The notes beneath the pieces were generated by a model. It was not told the DNA's origin. It made no database searches and saw only the letters and a program-made list of their open reading frames with translations. From a virus, in the IMG/VR virus record IMGVR_UViG_3300042691_050360, positions 64,001 through 128,000 of that record: a stretch of 64,000 nucleotides of DNA; one strand, given 5' to 3'. The position numbers were made by a program, and so were the translations under genes. Positions 38,143 to 46,327 of this stretch are shown here, piece by piece (within the stretch, counting starts at the first letter, position 1; each line of letters opens with the position of its first letter).

Positions 38143-38580
38143 TCACAATTCCAACAAATCCATTTTGACTCCAGCTTCTTCGAACATGATCTCGGTGAGC
38201 TTAAAAGCATCCTTCCATCTTTCATATCTTTCACCGGCGACAGGAACGGATACGCATCTGGAAATGCCACTTTGGATAATCATCCCTGCACATGCAGAAC
38301 AAGGCATGAACGGATATGTATAGATTGTGTGATTGGTGAGATCTTTATGTGCCATTAAAATAGCATTCACTTCCGCATGCACTATCATTTTCAGTTTAGT
38401 GTCACGGTCATTATATCTTTCTTCTGTGTCTTCCACCCCTCTAGGGAAGCCATTATAGCCCACAGACACAATCCTATTTCTATCATCGACAATTACGCCT
38501 CCAACTTGGGACGAGGGGTCTTTCGAGTATGTTGACACTTGTTTCGCTAATTCTAGAAATCTTCTATCCCACTTGTTCAT
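38143..38580 (-). CDS. dCMP deaminase
   Basis: KWDRRFL...SKDPS.QVG, GYNGFPRG, HAEVNAI, PCSAC; ATG 38580 overlaps the upstream stop. Confidence 0.92.
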   Translation of the reverse strand: MNKWDRRFLELAKQVSTYSKDPSSQVGGVIVDDRNRIVSVGYNGFPRGVEDTEERYNDRDTKLKMIVHAEVNAILMAHKDLTNHTIYTYPFMPCSACAGMIIQSGISRCVSVPVAGERYERWKDAFKLTEIMFEEAGVKMDLLEL

Positions 38581-38765
38581 AACTTTACTCCAATTTTCAC
38601 CCCAATTAAAGCAGGTGACCATGAATCATCAGGGTATTGTGTTTTTTCTTGGAAATCATACACTTCTGTGATTGAATATCTTTCATTATCAAATTCGACA
38701 AAAATTTCATCTTCATCAAGCCAATCTAAATCATTTAATTTTTCACGCATTTCCTTAACTGTCAT
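38577..38765 (-). CDS. Small hypothetical protein
   Basis: MTVKEMREKL start; CGTATAA 13 nt upstream. Confidence 0.65.
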   Translation of the reverse strand: MTVKEMREKLNDLDWLDEDEIFVEFDNERYSITEVYDFQEKTQYPDDSWSPALIGVKIGVKL

Positions 38766-38821
38766 AACTTTTTATACGCTTTAGATGGAGGTTTTTCGGG
38801 CAAAAATAGGAAATTCAGATT

Positions 38822-39154
38822 GTGTGGTATAGGTATTCACAACAGCAAATTCTACCTCCAGTCCATGAAGGTTGCCATTGCTATATAGAAACCCTTCCCA
38901 GCGGAAACACAATCTGGCAATTTTCTGGAAATACTTGTGACACCTGCAAGGCACTAGCTAGAGAATATAACAGCAAGCAAAACTCAATAATTAATGAGCC
39001 AGCCCAAATAGATCCAGTTATTCCTGAGCCACCAGCTGTCATGGAAGATCCTGTGGAGCAACCTGAAGAAGAACCAGTAGCAGAAGATCCCACCACCCAG
39101 CCTATGCTATTTAGAAATCTCAGATATACACCTAAAAAGTTTTACAATCTATAG
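38822..39154 (+). CDS. Small Cys-containing protein (PPVHEGCHC)
   Basis: PP.H..C.C motif recalls MuF/minor head proteins; WYRYSQ N-terminus. Confidence 0.55.
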   Translation: MWYRYSQQQILPPVHEGCHCYIETLPSGNTIWQFSGNTCDTCKALAREYNSKQNSIINEPAQIDPVIPEPPAVMEDPVEQPEEEPVAEDPTTQPMLFRNLRYTPKKFYNL

Positions 39155-39165
39155 TTTGTCAAATT

Positions 39166-39426
39166 TTAATTCTTTTCGCCGCCAAAAAGTTCTATATACT
39201 CCGGGTATTCGTCGAGCTTAGACCTTAAAATATGCAATCTCGCCCGCGACTCTTCAATTGTCTTCACATTCAGAACTTCTTGCAAGGCAGCCCTGAGCCT
39301 TTGATCATTCACGATTAGCCTCCAATTATCTTTGTATTGCGGAAATAAGAGTTGCTCAAGGATCTTAGTGACACTTTCATCCTCAGATAGTGTTCTTTTT
39401 CTGTCGTAAAATTCTTCTCTTGTCAT
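39166..39426 (-). CDS. Hypothetical protein
   Basis: Start moved to ATG 39426 (CGTATAT 13 nt upstream); the longer track version overlaps tRNA-Ala. Confidence 0.6.
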   Translation of the reverse strand: MTREEFYDRKRTLSEDESVTKILEQLLFPQYKDNWRLIVNDQRLRAALQEVLNVKTIEESRARLHILRSKLDEYPEYIELFGGEKN

Positions 39427-39454
39427 ATTTTTATATACGAATCCAGATTGTGTT

Positions 39455-39531
39455 TGGTGGAGCCGACGGGGTTCGAACCCGCAAGACTTCTGATTGCAAA
39501 TCAGACGCTTTCCCAAATAAGCTTCGGCCCC
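39455..39531 (-). tRNA. trnA: tRNA-Ala(TGC)
   Basis: tctga-TTTGCAA-tcaga; G3-U70 pair; CCA. Confidence 0.92.
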
Positions 39532-39537
39532 GAAAAC

Positions 39538-39614
39538 TGGTCAGTTAGGTGAGATTTGAACTCACACACCTTTGAGTCACAATCAAAGGGCTCTACCATT
39601 TAAGCTACTAACTT
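39538..39614 (-). tRNA. trnH: tRNA-His(GTG)
   Basis: tttga-TTGTGAC-tcaaa; CCA. Confidence 0.85.
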
Positions 39615-39617
39615 GTG

Positions 39618-39694
39618 TGGTGTCGTGTGAAAGACTCGAACTTTCAAATTTCAGGTTCTCAACCTGTTGCCTCTACCAATTTGGCTAACACGAC
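39618..39694 (-). tRNA. trnL: tRNA-Leu(GAG), short variable loop
   Basis: cagg-TTGAGAA-cctg; CCA. Confidence 0.85.
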
Positions 39695-39697
39695 GTT

Positions 39698-39777
39698 TGG
39701 TACCAGCGGCGAGATTCGAACTCGCAAAAGCTACGGTTCTAAACCGTATTGTTGTACCATTCACTTGCCACGCTGGT
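39698..39777 (-). tRNA. trnL: tRNA-Leu(TAG), short variable loop
   Basis: tacgg-TTTAGAA-ccgta; CCA. Confidence 0.85.
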
Positions 39778-39785
39778 AGAAATCT

Positions 39786-39870
39786 TGGTGGAGACAGTAG
39801 GACTCGAACCTACGAACCGATTAAAGCACTGGGTTACAGCCAGTTGTAATTGCCGCTATACGATGTCTCC
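39786..39870 (-). tRNA. trnY: tRNA-Tyr(GTA)
   Basis: actgg-CTGTAAC-ccagt; long variable region; CCA. Confidence 0.9.
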
Positions 39871-39879
39871 AGAAAAACT

Positions 39880-39958
39880 TGGTCTGCGTGACAAGATTCG
39901 AACTTGTGTGCTTGACCTCCCAAGGGCCACGAGGTAGACCAGACTCCTCAACACGCAG
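39880..39958 (-). tRNA. trnP: tRNA-Pro(TGG)
   Basis: tggcc-CTTGGGA-ggtca; C1-G72; CCA. Confidence 0.88.
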
Positions 39959-39967
39959 ATAAATTTT

Positions 39968-40049
39968 TGGCTGGATGAAGGTCGTCCTTAGTCATCCACT
40001 TACGGGTCACCACTTTGGAGAGTTTGATTTCAACCCTGGCACCACCCCG
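39968..40049 (-). ncRNA. Unclassified structured RNA ending in CCA at the head of tRNA array 2
   Basis: Hairpin tggatga..aagg-acga-ccttcatcca followed by GCCA; not a cloverleaf. Confidence 0.35.
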
Positions 40050-40071
40050 ATATTTAATTGTCAATGTTCGT

Positions 40072-40112
40072 AAAAGAAAAACCCCCGAAAGATTTTAGTC
40101 CTTCGGGGGTTT
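40072..40112 (-). terminator. Attenuator terminator upstream of tRNA array 2
   Basis: aaacccccgaagga-ctaaaa-tctttcgggggtttttctttt. Confidence 0.9.
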
Positions 40113-40138
40113 GCAGCTTGTCGATACGCAACGAGCCA

Positions 40139-40192
40139 CTACCCCGAAGAGGGGGCGAGTGCTGGATATAGATGGCTGAGCGTATTGATCAT
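40139..40192 (-). CDS. Leader peptide 2 (MINTLSHLYPALAPSSG) of tRNA array 2 attenuator
   Basis: SD AGGA upstream; codons 7-12 CAT CTA TAT CCA GCA CTC match the six downstream tRNAs; cttcggggt pairs with the terminator 5' arm. Confidence 0.88.
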   Translation of the reverse strand: MINTLSHLYPALAPSSG

Positions 40193-40258
40193 TTTTGTGT
40201 TCCTAAATTGTTTTACAAGAGTTAAGACGATTATTCCTCTAAGAAAGTTTCATCTTTT

Positions 40259-41182
40259 TTATTTTTTTCTAATTTTTTTCACAAGTTCGATAGGTTTTTT
40301 TTTAATTAGTTTACTTACTCTCGCGTCATTGTCAGAAACCTGCGGGTTGTTAGCATTTAAAAATTGTGAAAATGGAAGTTTTTTAATTTGTGCAAGATTG
40401 TGAATTTTGATTTCTCTTTGTGCCTTTTTTTGAATTTTTTTCAAAAAATTAAAAACAGGTTTAGTGTGCGAAATTTTTTGAAAAATCACTTCTTTGTACT
40501 GGGTTGGAAAAATGATTGTTTCCCTGTATGAATAAATTCCCCCGACATTTATTTTAAAATTGCCTTTAATATCTTCAAAAATCCAATCTTTATCAATGAA
40601 TGATCGAGCATTTTTTTCTAATTTACTCCACTCTTTTTCACCTTTCATTATAAAAGGATACTTGAATCTGCCAAAAGTTAAAAAATTGAGTTCATCTTCA
40701 CTGATTTTATTATTTTTCATCAACTTTTTTCGACTGAATTTACTTAAATTCGATACTTTTTCTTGAAAATATTCATCAGTTATGAAATTTGCCTCCTCAC
40801 CCCCAATCCTCGTGAAAAAAGGTCCTTCAATGGCATATAGTTTACTAACCCAATTATTTACTTTGATCAAAGTTGCAATTTTTTTATCATATAAGTATTC
40901 TTGTAAAGTTTTTTTATTTTTGGTTTCAGGTATGCGTGAATCTAAAAATGAATTAAATTCGCCGCTGACTTCTATACTATGACTGAAATTTGCTAATGCA
41001 AGCATTTCTTCTTTATATAATTCACCACTGAAGCCATCTATTATTTCTGGTATTCCAGACAGTTCAGATTCTAAGTAAATAATTCTTTTTTCTGTTTCAG
41101 CAAGCACTTCAGATTTTGTTGAAATATTTTTTTTGCTTTGTCTTTTTTTTGCTGCTTTTTCCTCAAACACAATTTCGCTCAT
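40259..41182 (-). CDS. Hypothetical basic protein
   Basis: 307 aa, K-rich; TGTATAA 14 nt upstream. Confidence 0.6.
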   Translation of the reverse strand: MSEIVFEEKAAKKRQSKKNISTKSEVLAETEKRIIYLESELSGIPEIIDGFSGELYKEEMLALANFSHSIEVSGEFNSFLDSRIPETKNKKTLQEYLYDKKIATLIKVNNWVSKLYAIEGPFFTRIGGEEANFITDEYFQEKVSNLSKFSRKKLMKNNKISEDELNFLTFGRFKYPFIMKGEKEWSKLEKNARSFIDKDWIFEDIKGNFKINVGGIYSYRETIIFPTQYKEVIFQKISHTKPVFNFLKKIQKKAQREIKIHNLAQIKKLPFSQFLNANNPQVSDNDARVSKLIKKKPIELVKKIRKK

Positions 41183-41232
41183 ATGTTATTTATACACAAT
41201 TGCAAAAATGCATGGAAAAAAGTTTCATCTTT

Positions 41233-42738
41233 TTAAATATTTTTTAAAAACTTTTTCCAACCAGGCCATTCTGATTTATAGATTGAGTGAGGATTGGCTG
41301 GAATATAAGATGGTTTGCCTTTTCTTTTGACTAGCCAATCTTCGCCAGAAGCCACCCCATTTTCTATCATCCATTTCTTGCAATCTTCATAGCTGACAAA
41401 AACAGCCTTCTTAGATTGCACCTTATTCGTACCAAGAAAATCTCCCCAAGAAACCCATCCGTTGTTTTTGTAAGATATATTTGGCTCAAAAGGAACTCCT
41501 AGCGGCCTCTTATCCTTCAATCCTTTAAAATCTTTGACAGATTGTAAACCTAAATCTCTAATAATAGCTCTTGCCTCTTCGAAGCTTAGAAAGTTTCTGT
41601 TGACTGCCGCCTTTCTTTCAAGTAGTAAATCTACAGCGATTCCATAATATGCTAAAGCGTTCACGAGCTCTATTTCAAGATTGTGTTTGTAGGTGATTTC
41701 AACCAATGGAATATTGTTTTGCTCACAATAATCCTTTTTGATTTTGTCTCTTTTCTGTGTTTGTTTCATGGCCTCTTCTCCGCCATAAAACTCCACAGGC
41801 ACGAAATGCTGAATTCCATGAAACTCAATAAGCAATCTAACTTTTTGGTCTTCATCCATAATTGCAATATCAAACGGCAATGGCCTTAAATCAACACAAT
41901 CTGAAAATGTGTATTGATGCAGATGCTTGATATCGTTTGACGCCAGGATGCTACTGATCGTTTTCTCGCCCACACTAACATTTCTCTGATACCCAAGAAA
42001 CTCGGGCCATCCCTCAAATTCTGGGTAGATCTCCCAAGGGTGCGACGGTACAGGTGTTGTTTTTTTATTTTGCGTGATCCATTTTTGAAATTCCATAATG
42101 GAATTTAATTTCAAGGAGTGGACAAACTTTATGCATTCTTCAAAAGATAAGTATTCTTTAAAATGGTAATTTCCATTACCTAGGAAATCACCCATAGAAA
42201 CGAAATCCACACCGTAAGTCTTTCTAGGAGACGCAGGTATATTATCCGGCCTTTCACTGGTTTTCACCCAGTCGTAGAATTCCCCCTCGTTGGTAAAGTT
42301 AAATTGAGATAGATACTCCTTGGCTTCTGAGTAATTCAGGAAGTTTTGATGCTTAGTGATATCCGCCACCCTATCTGTCCTGAAGAAAGCTCCCCATGAT
42401 TTCCACTCTTCCATATAGGTCTTATCAGGCCTCGTTGGAACCAAGCTGTTTAGCTTAAGTTTCCGCCAAGATTCAAATTTTTCTTTTGAGTTTATTCCTT
42501 CCCTGAGTAAATAATCACTGCACTCCGCATATGTCAAGAATTGCTTATCTTTTGCCGCTATATTTCCATTTCCTAGAAAATCGGGCCAGTTCAGGAACTC
42601 AACATAATCCCTATTTGGATTCCTCGGGATGCCAGATGGGATCTTCCCGTCTTTGAACAAAGAATAATACTCTTTGACCGATTTTATTTTCAGATTGTGT
42701 ATGATGGATTTTGCTTTTTCAAATTCTAAATACTGCAT
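41233..42738 (-). CDS. Six-repeat protein with central PD-(D/E)xK nuclease domain
   Basis: Six ~55-60 aa repeats (F.s.eEak...iP..P...Y...w.dFLG); SVGE...LPFD...IEFHGIQH...RDKIK..YC..NNIPLVEI. Confidence 0.75.
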   Translation of the reverse strand: MQYLEFEKAKSIIHNLKIKSVKEYYSLFKDGKIPSGIPRNPNRDYVEFLNWPDFLGNGNIAAKDKQFLTYAECSDYLLREGINSKEKFESWRKLKLNSLVPTRPDKTYMEEWKSWGAFFRTDRVADITKHQNFLNYSEAKEYLSQFNFTNEGEFYDWVKTSERPDNIPASPRKTYGVDFVSMGDFLGNGNYHFKEYLSFEECIKFVHSLKLNSIMEFQKWITQNKKTTPVPSHPWEIYPEFEGWPEFLGYQRNVSVGEKTISSILASNDIKHLHQYTFSDCVDLRPLPFDIAIMDEDQKVRLLIEFHGIQHFVPVEFYGGEEAMKQTQKRDKIKKDYCEQNNIPLVEITYKHNLEIELVNALAYYGIAVDLLLERKAAVNRNFLSFEEARAIIRDLGLQSVKDFKGLKDKRPLGVPFEPNISYKNNGWVSWGDFLGTNKVQSKKAVFVSYEDCKKWMIENGVASGEDWLVKRKGKPSYIPANPHSIYKSEWPGWKKFLKNI

Positions 42739-42836
42739 ATTTATATATACGCTTTAAAATCTAAAAACACTTTTCCATGAATGTGTTTTTTAAAAAAAAA
42801 TATGAAAAAAGTTTTTTATTTCAAATTTGAACCTGA

Positions 42837-44900
42837 TTACGAGGCTCCTCCCTTCCACAGCATTCTGAACATCCTGCTACGTCCGCCCGGCATAGCATAC
42901 TCTGGAACTGTGATCGATCCCATAATCGGTCTGACCGCAATCGGAAGCTTCTTGAGAAGCTCGTTAAATTCTTCCTTATACATATCTGCCGTGGTCTTGA
43001 GATTAGCTACAGCATCATACGAACCACTATCTGGATCCATAACTAATAATCTTCGCTCTCTCTGGTTCAGTCCAACAATAAGCTGTCTTAAGAGGTAGTA
43101 TGTCGCTCCAGATACCAGTGCTTGATCATACCAGAATGGCACACCGGCCACGGAGCTCATTTTATTTGTGCCAGGTTGAGAATTGATTGCTTGAAGGGCT
43201 AGATACAGTGCATTATTGATTTGCGTGTTCGTGAACATCTTGACATAATATGTCACTAAGATTGTGTCATATTCTTGTAGGCTCACAGGTTCGCCTAGTG
43301 AGTTGAAGAACATTAGTACACCTTGGTTATTGAATCTGTAGAATAGGCCACTAGGGTAGTTATCTAGTAATGAGCTTGGTGCACTAAAAGGGTCGCTAAG
43401 CGATTGGTCTAGGCTATTATAGAACCCTGTGTATGGATTGAGGACAAACATTGGTGATCTTTGCCCGTTGTTTGTCGAGCATGTTATTCTAACTTGCGGT
43501 GCTGGGTCTGTAACAATATCGCCGTAGGCAAGTTGAGCACTTGTTCTGTTATATCCAAATAATGGTTCTTCGTCATAAATCGGAACTCTAAGTAGTGCAT
43601 TGAGTTCATATAGAACTGACGACTTAAGCAAAAGCTCATCTCCGATTGTTGGCGGAATGGGGATAACGCTTGAGTAGTCAAGATTGGTTTGGACTATATA
43701 ATAGACATCTGCTGGATTACCTTGACCATCTATGTATTCATTTAGCGGAGCTTGCACTGATGCAAGGAATGTCAATGCCGTAGGTATGTATGTTATTCGA
43801 TTATTTCGGTCAATGACCATGATATTGAATTCATTGTCTTCCGCCACACCAATCGGTGTATCAAATTGTTGATATCCCACTCCTTGAGAGCCTACGCGGT
43901 TTGTCACTTGTCCTGAGATGGAGCTAGATTGATCCGTAGACACAATCTGGTAACCCACGCCATTAAATCCGTATGTGTCTGTATTCACTGTTAGATTGGC
44001 ACTAGCGATCACGCTTACATTACTATTGTATGTATCCGTGGCTACAATGATACCGAAGTGATTATAGATAATATTAGACCAAACAGAATCTTGCGTAGGT
44101 GCCATCACATAATTGTTTGACCATTGCGATGAGTTATTTCCGAGCGAAATATCACCATCATAAGCCCATTCGTAGACATTGTTCAGATTATCATATGCGG
44201 CAATTTTGGAGCTATCGTAGCAAGCAATTCCAATTAGTGTGGCTCCGCCTTCCACTCCATTGGTTGTGTTGATAATTTGCCCTCTGTTGCTTGTATTGAG
44301 AATGAAATTGCCGGTATATCCGCATCCATAAACTCCACCACCATATGTCAGGTAGACATTGTTATCATCCACTTCGATATATGAATTTGTGTAAATCCCA
44401 ACGCTCAGTCCAGTGATATCGTTGTAATTTATTGTCTTGACATAATTTAGTGTAGACACTCCGTAGTTATATATTCTTGCTTGATTGGCTTGATCGTATC
44501 CGAGAAGTAGATACTCTGTAGACCCTATTCCATATACTTTCAGGGTGTTGGGGAGAAATGCGGGCAAAGTTCCACCGGTGCTATTTGTGCTAAATATGGT
44601 GTTGAAATTCTCTTGTTGCTTTCTATAAACTACAAACTGGCTTTGAGTCATTAGGTAGTTGTATGTAGATCCTGCACCGATAGCAACTGGTCTTGTTAGT
44701 CTTTGTGTGGTTCCGCTCGTGGAGAGTGATGATACAACCAGGGGAAATCTGTAACCCGAGTTATCTATGCCTTTGAATATTAAAGATTGTGTAGTTGCAT
44801 AGTTTATATTTGGATCCCACGATACATACACGCCGGGGTTCCCGTGCGAATTATTGTATAGCCCAATTAGACCCTGTTGATATGGAACTGCACTTGGCAT
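42837..44900 (-). CDS. Putative virion protein with NHL-like repeat and neck/adaptor-like C-terminus
   Basis: GSQGVG..QFDTPIGVA.D...IMVIDRNNRI; helical C-terminal domain. Confidence 0.5.
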   Translation of the reverse strand: MPSAVPYQQGLIGLYNNSHGNPGVYVSWDPNINYATTQSLIFKGIDNSGYRFPLVVSSLSTSGTTQRLTRPVAIGAGSTYNYLMTQSQFVVYRKQQENFNTIFSTNSTGGTLPAFLPNTLKVYGIGSTEYLLLGYDQANQARIYNYGVSTLNYVKTINYNDITGLSVGIYTNSYIEVDDNNVYLTYGGGVYGCGYTGNFILNTSNRGQIINTTNGVEGGATLIGIACYDSSKIAAYDNLNNVYEWAYDGDISLGNNSSQWSNNYVMAPTQDSVWSNIIYNHFGIIVATDTYNSNVSVIASANLTVNTDTYGFNGVGYQIVSTDQSSSISGQVTNRVGSQGVGYQQFDTPIGVAEDNEFNIMVIDRNNRITYIPTALTFLASVQAPLNEYIDGQGNPADVYYIVQTNLDYSSVIPIPPTIGDELLLKSSVLYELNALLRVPIYDEEPLFGYNRTSAQLAYGDIVTDPAPQVRITCSTNNGQRSPMFVLNPYTGFYNSLDQSLSDPFSAPSSLLDNYPSGLFYRFNNQGVLMFFNSLGEPVSLQEYDTILVTYYVKMFTNTQINNALYLALQAINSQPGTNKMSSVAGVPFWYDQALVSGATYYLLRQLIVGLNQRERRLLVMDPDSGSYDAVANLKTTADMYKEEFNELLKKLPIAVRPIMGSITVPEYAMPGGRSRMFRMLWKGGAS

Positions 44901-44926
44901 AATATAACTTTACGGGATCAACAAAG

Positions 44927-44956
44927 AAACCCCTGTCCTTATGGGAGCAGGGGTTT
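44927..44956 (-). terminator. Intrinsic terminator
   Basis: aaacccctg..caggggttt followed by ctttgtt on the minus strand. Confidence 0.7.
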
Positions 44957-44980
44957 ATGGATCTTCGGGATTAACTTTAA

Positions 44981-45799
44981 TTACTCTTCTTCGCTGATGA
45001 TGATTTCTTCAGCAAAATCAGAATCATCGTCAGAGATATCAAGGTCTAGATCAACTGAGTCTCTTTTGTAAACATGATCTGATTCGTCGTATCCAATAGA
45101 GTCCATGATATAGCTCGTCTTCATTTCGATTTCGCCCTCGTCGGGTAGCATCATGGCGTCTCTGTTGAGCGTCTTCATGCTTGTTCTTACAACACCAGAT
45201 GAAGTATTGTTGCCGTCTCCCGTAGGTGTGGCGTAGTATGCTGGCTTCGATTGTTTTTCAGCGGCGGCTTGTCTTGTGCTAGAAAGTAAAGCGGGCACAA
45301 TATTTGGGTTGGATTCAACCATCGTCGAGAACTCTTCAGCAGTGAGTAAATCGCCTCTTTCTGTGGCAATGTTTTGTGCAATTTCAAAAGCCGTAACATA
45401 TGACATCGGGTGACTGGCTGTTCCAGTGATATCGATTGGGTCTTGCTTTTTCCTTCCCGTGAGCAAGTCAAAAGTATCCGCCGCGAACTCCTTGTCATCA
45501 ACCTTCATGTTTTTGTATTCGCTCTTGGTTTTCTGTTCGCGTAGAAGTTGCTTTCTTTCCTTCTCGTATTGAAGCTTGACAGTCTTTTCGTACTCAGCTT
45601 CATTAAGTTGACGAAGTGTTCCCTCCCGAAGCGAGTTCTTTAAGTTAGACGATCTTTTTATAATTATTGGGTCTTCCCAAGTAAGATCCTTAACTTCTCT
45701 CGGCCCCCATGTCATATTGATGTCACTGCACACATGATAGAATGGTGTAATGTTTTGAACAATAAATGACGGCCTTTCATCCACGGCTGAATTATCCAT
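44981..45799 (-). CDS. Hypothetical protein with acidic tail
   Basis: 272 aa; TGTATAAT 14 nt upstream. Confidence 0.65.
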   Translation of the reverse strand: MDNSAVDERPSFIVQNITPFYHVCSDINMTWGPREVKDLTWEDPIIIKRSSNLKNSLREGTLRQLNEAEYEKTVKLQYEKERKQLLREQKTKSEYKNMKVDDKEFAADTFDLLTGRKKQDPIDITGTASHPMSYVTAFEIAQNIATERGDLLTAEEFSTMVESNPNIVPALLSSTRQAAAEKQSKPAYYATPTGDGNNTSSGVVRTSMKTLNRDAMMLPDEGEIEMKTSYIMDSIGYDESDHVYKRDSVDLDLDISDDDSDFAEEIIISEEE

Positions 45800-45825
45800 A
45801 ATTCAATTATACATTAAAAATATAA

Positions 45826-46143
45826 CTAGCTGTCTCCGAAGAATCTTCCACCTGAATCAATGTCGAAGCAATGATAGTCATAATCGTCCTCTATGTAGTC
45901 ATTAGGTATTATGTGAGCTATTTCACCAATATCTATTTCGTCTTTCATCTTTTGCACAAGTTCTTTTTTTGCTTTCACTTCGCTACGAATTGCGGAATCG
46001 AGAGAGAAATTTTTAACATTCTCATAAGCCCACAGTATGTAACTCGGATCAAATATGATTACTTCTGACCATGCTTTTCCCTTGTGTTTTCCGAAGGCTA
46101 CGATGCTTCTGTCTATAGCCCCCTTTCGATTAGCTGGCTGCAT
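45826..46143 (-). CDS. Small protein with FGKHKG motif (ExoX C-terminal/DUF3820-like)
   Basis: FGKHKGKAWSEV...DPSYILW. Confidence 0.65.
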   Translation of the reverse strand: MQPANRKGAIDRSIVAFGKHKGKAWSEVIIFDPSYILWAYENVKNFSLDSAIRSEVKAKKELVQKMKDEIDIGEIAHIIPNDYIEDDYDYHCFDIDSGGRFFGDS

Positions 46144-46312
46144 TTATTCTTCTCACTACATCTTTAAATCTTTCTTCGTGTGCTTCTCGCCTAGCTTTAG
46201 TTGATTCATCTGAAAGATATTGGGCGATGAAAGATTGTCTATTTTCCCGGCTTTCTTTAATTTCCTCGGGGGTTCTTTCTGGCTCATCTAAAAACTCAGT
46301 GAACATACACAT
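46130..46312 (-). CDS. Small hypothetical protein
   Basis: CGTATAAT 14 nt upstream. Confidence 0.55.
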   Translation of the reverse strand: MCMFTEFLDEPERTPEEIKESRENRQSFIAQYLSDESTKARREAHEERFKDVVRRINAAS

Positions 46313-46327
46313 AATCTTATTATACGA

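Noticed and set aside
39427-39937. N-terminal extension of 39166..39516 and ORFs 39667..39849, 39749..39937
   Set aside because: They overlap tRNA genes; a better start with promoter motif exists at 39426
37919-40064. TTGACA in the shared 14-mer as a sigma70 -35 box
   Set aside because: The matching -10 would fall inside the first RNA gene and no TATAAT-like hexamer is there
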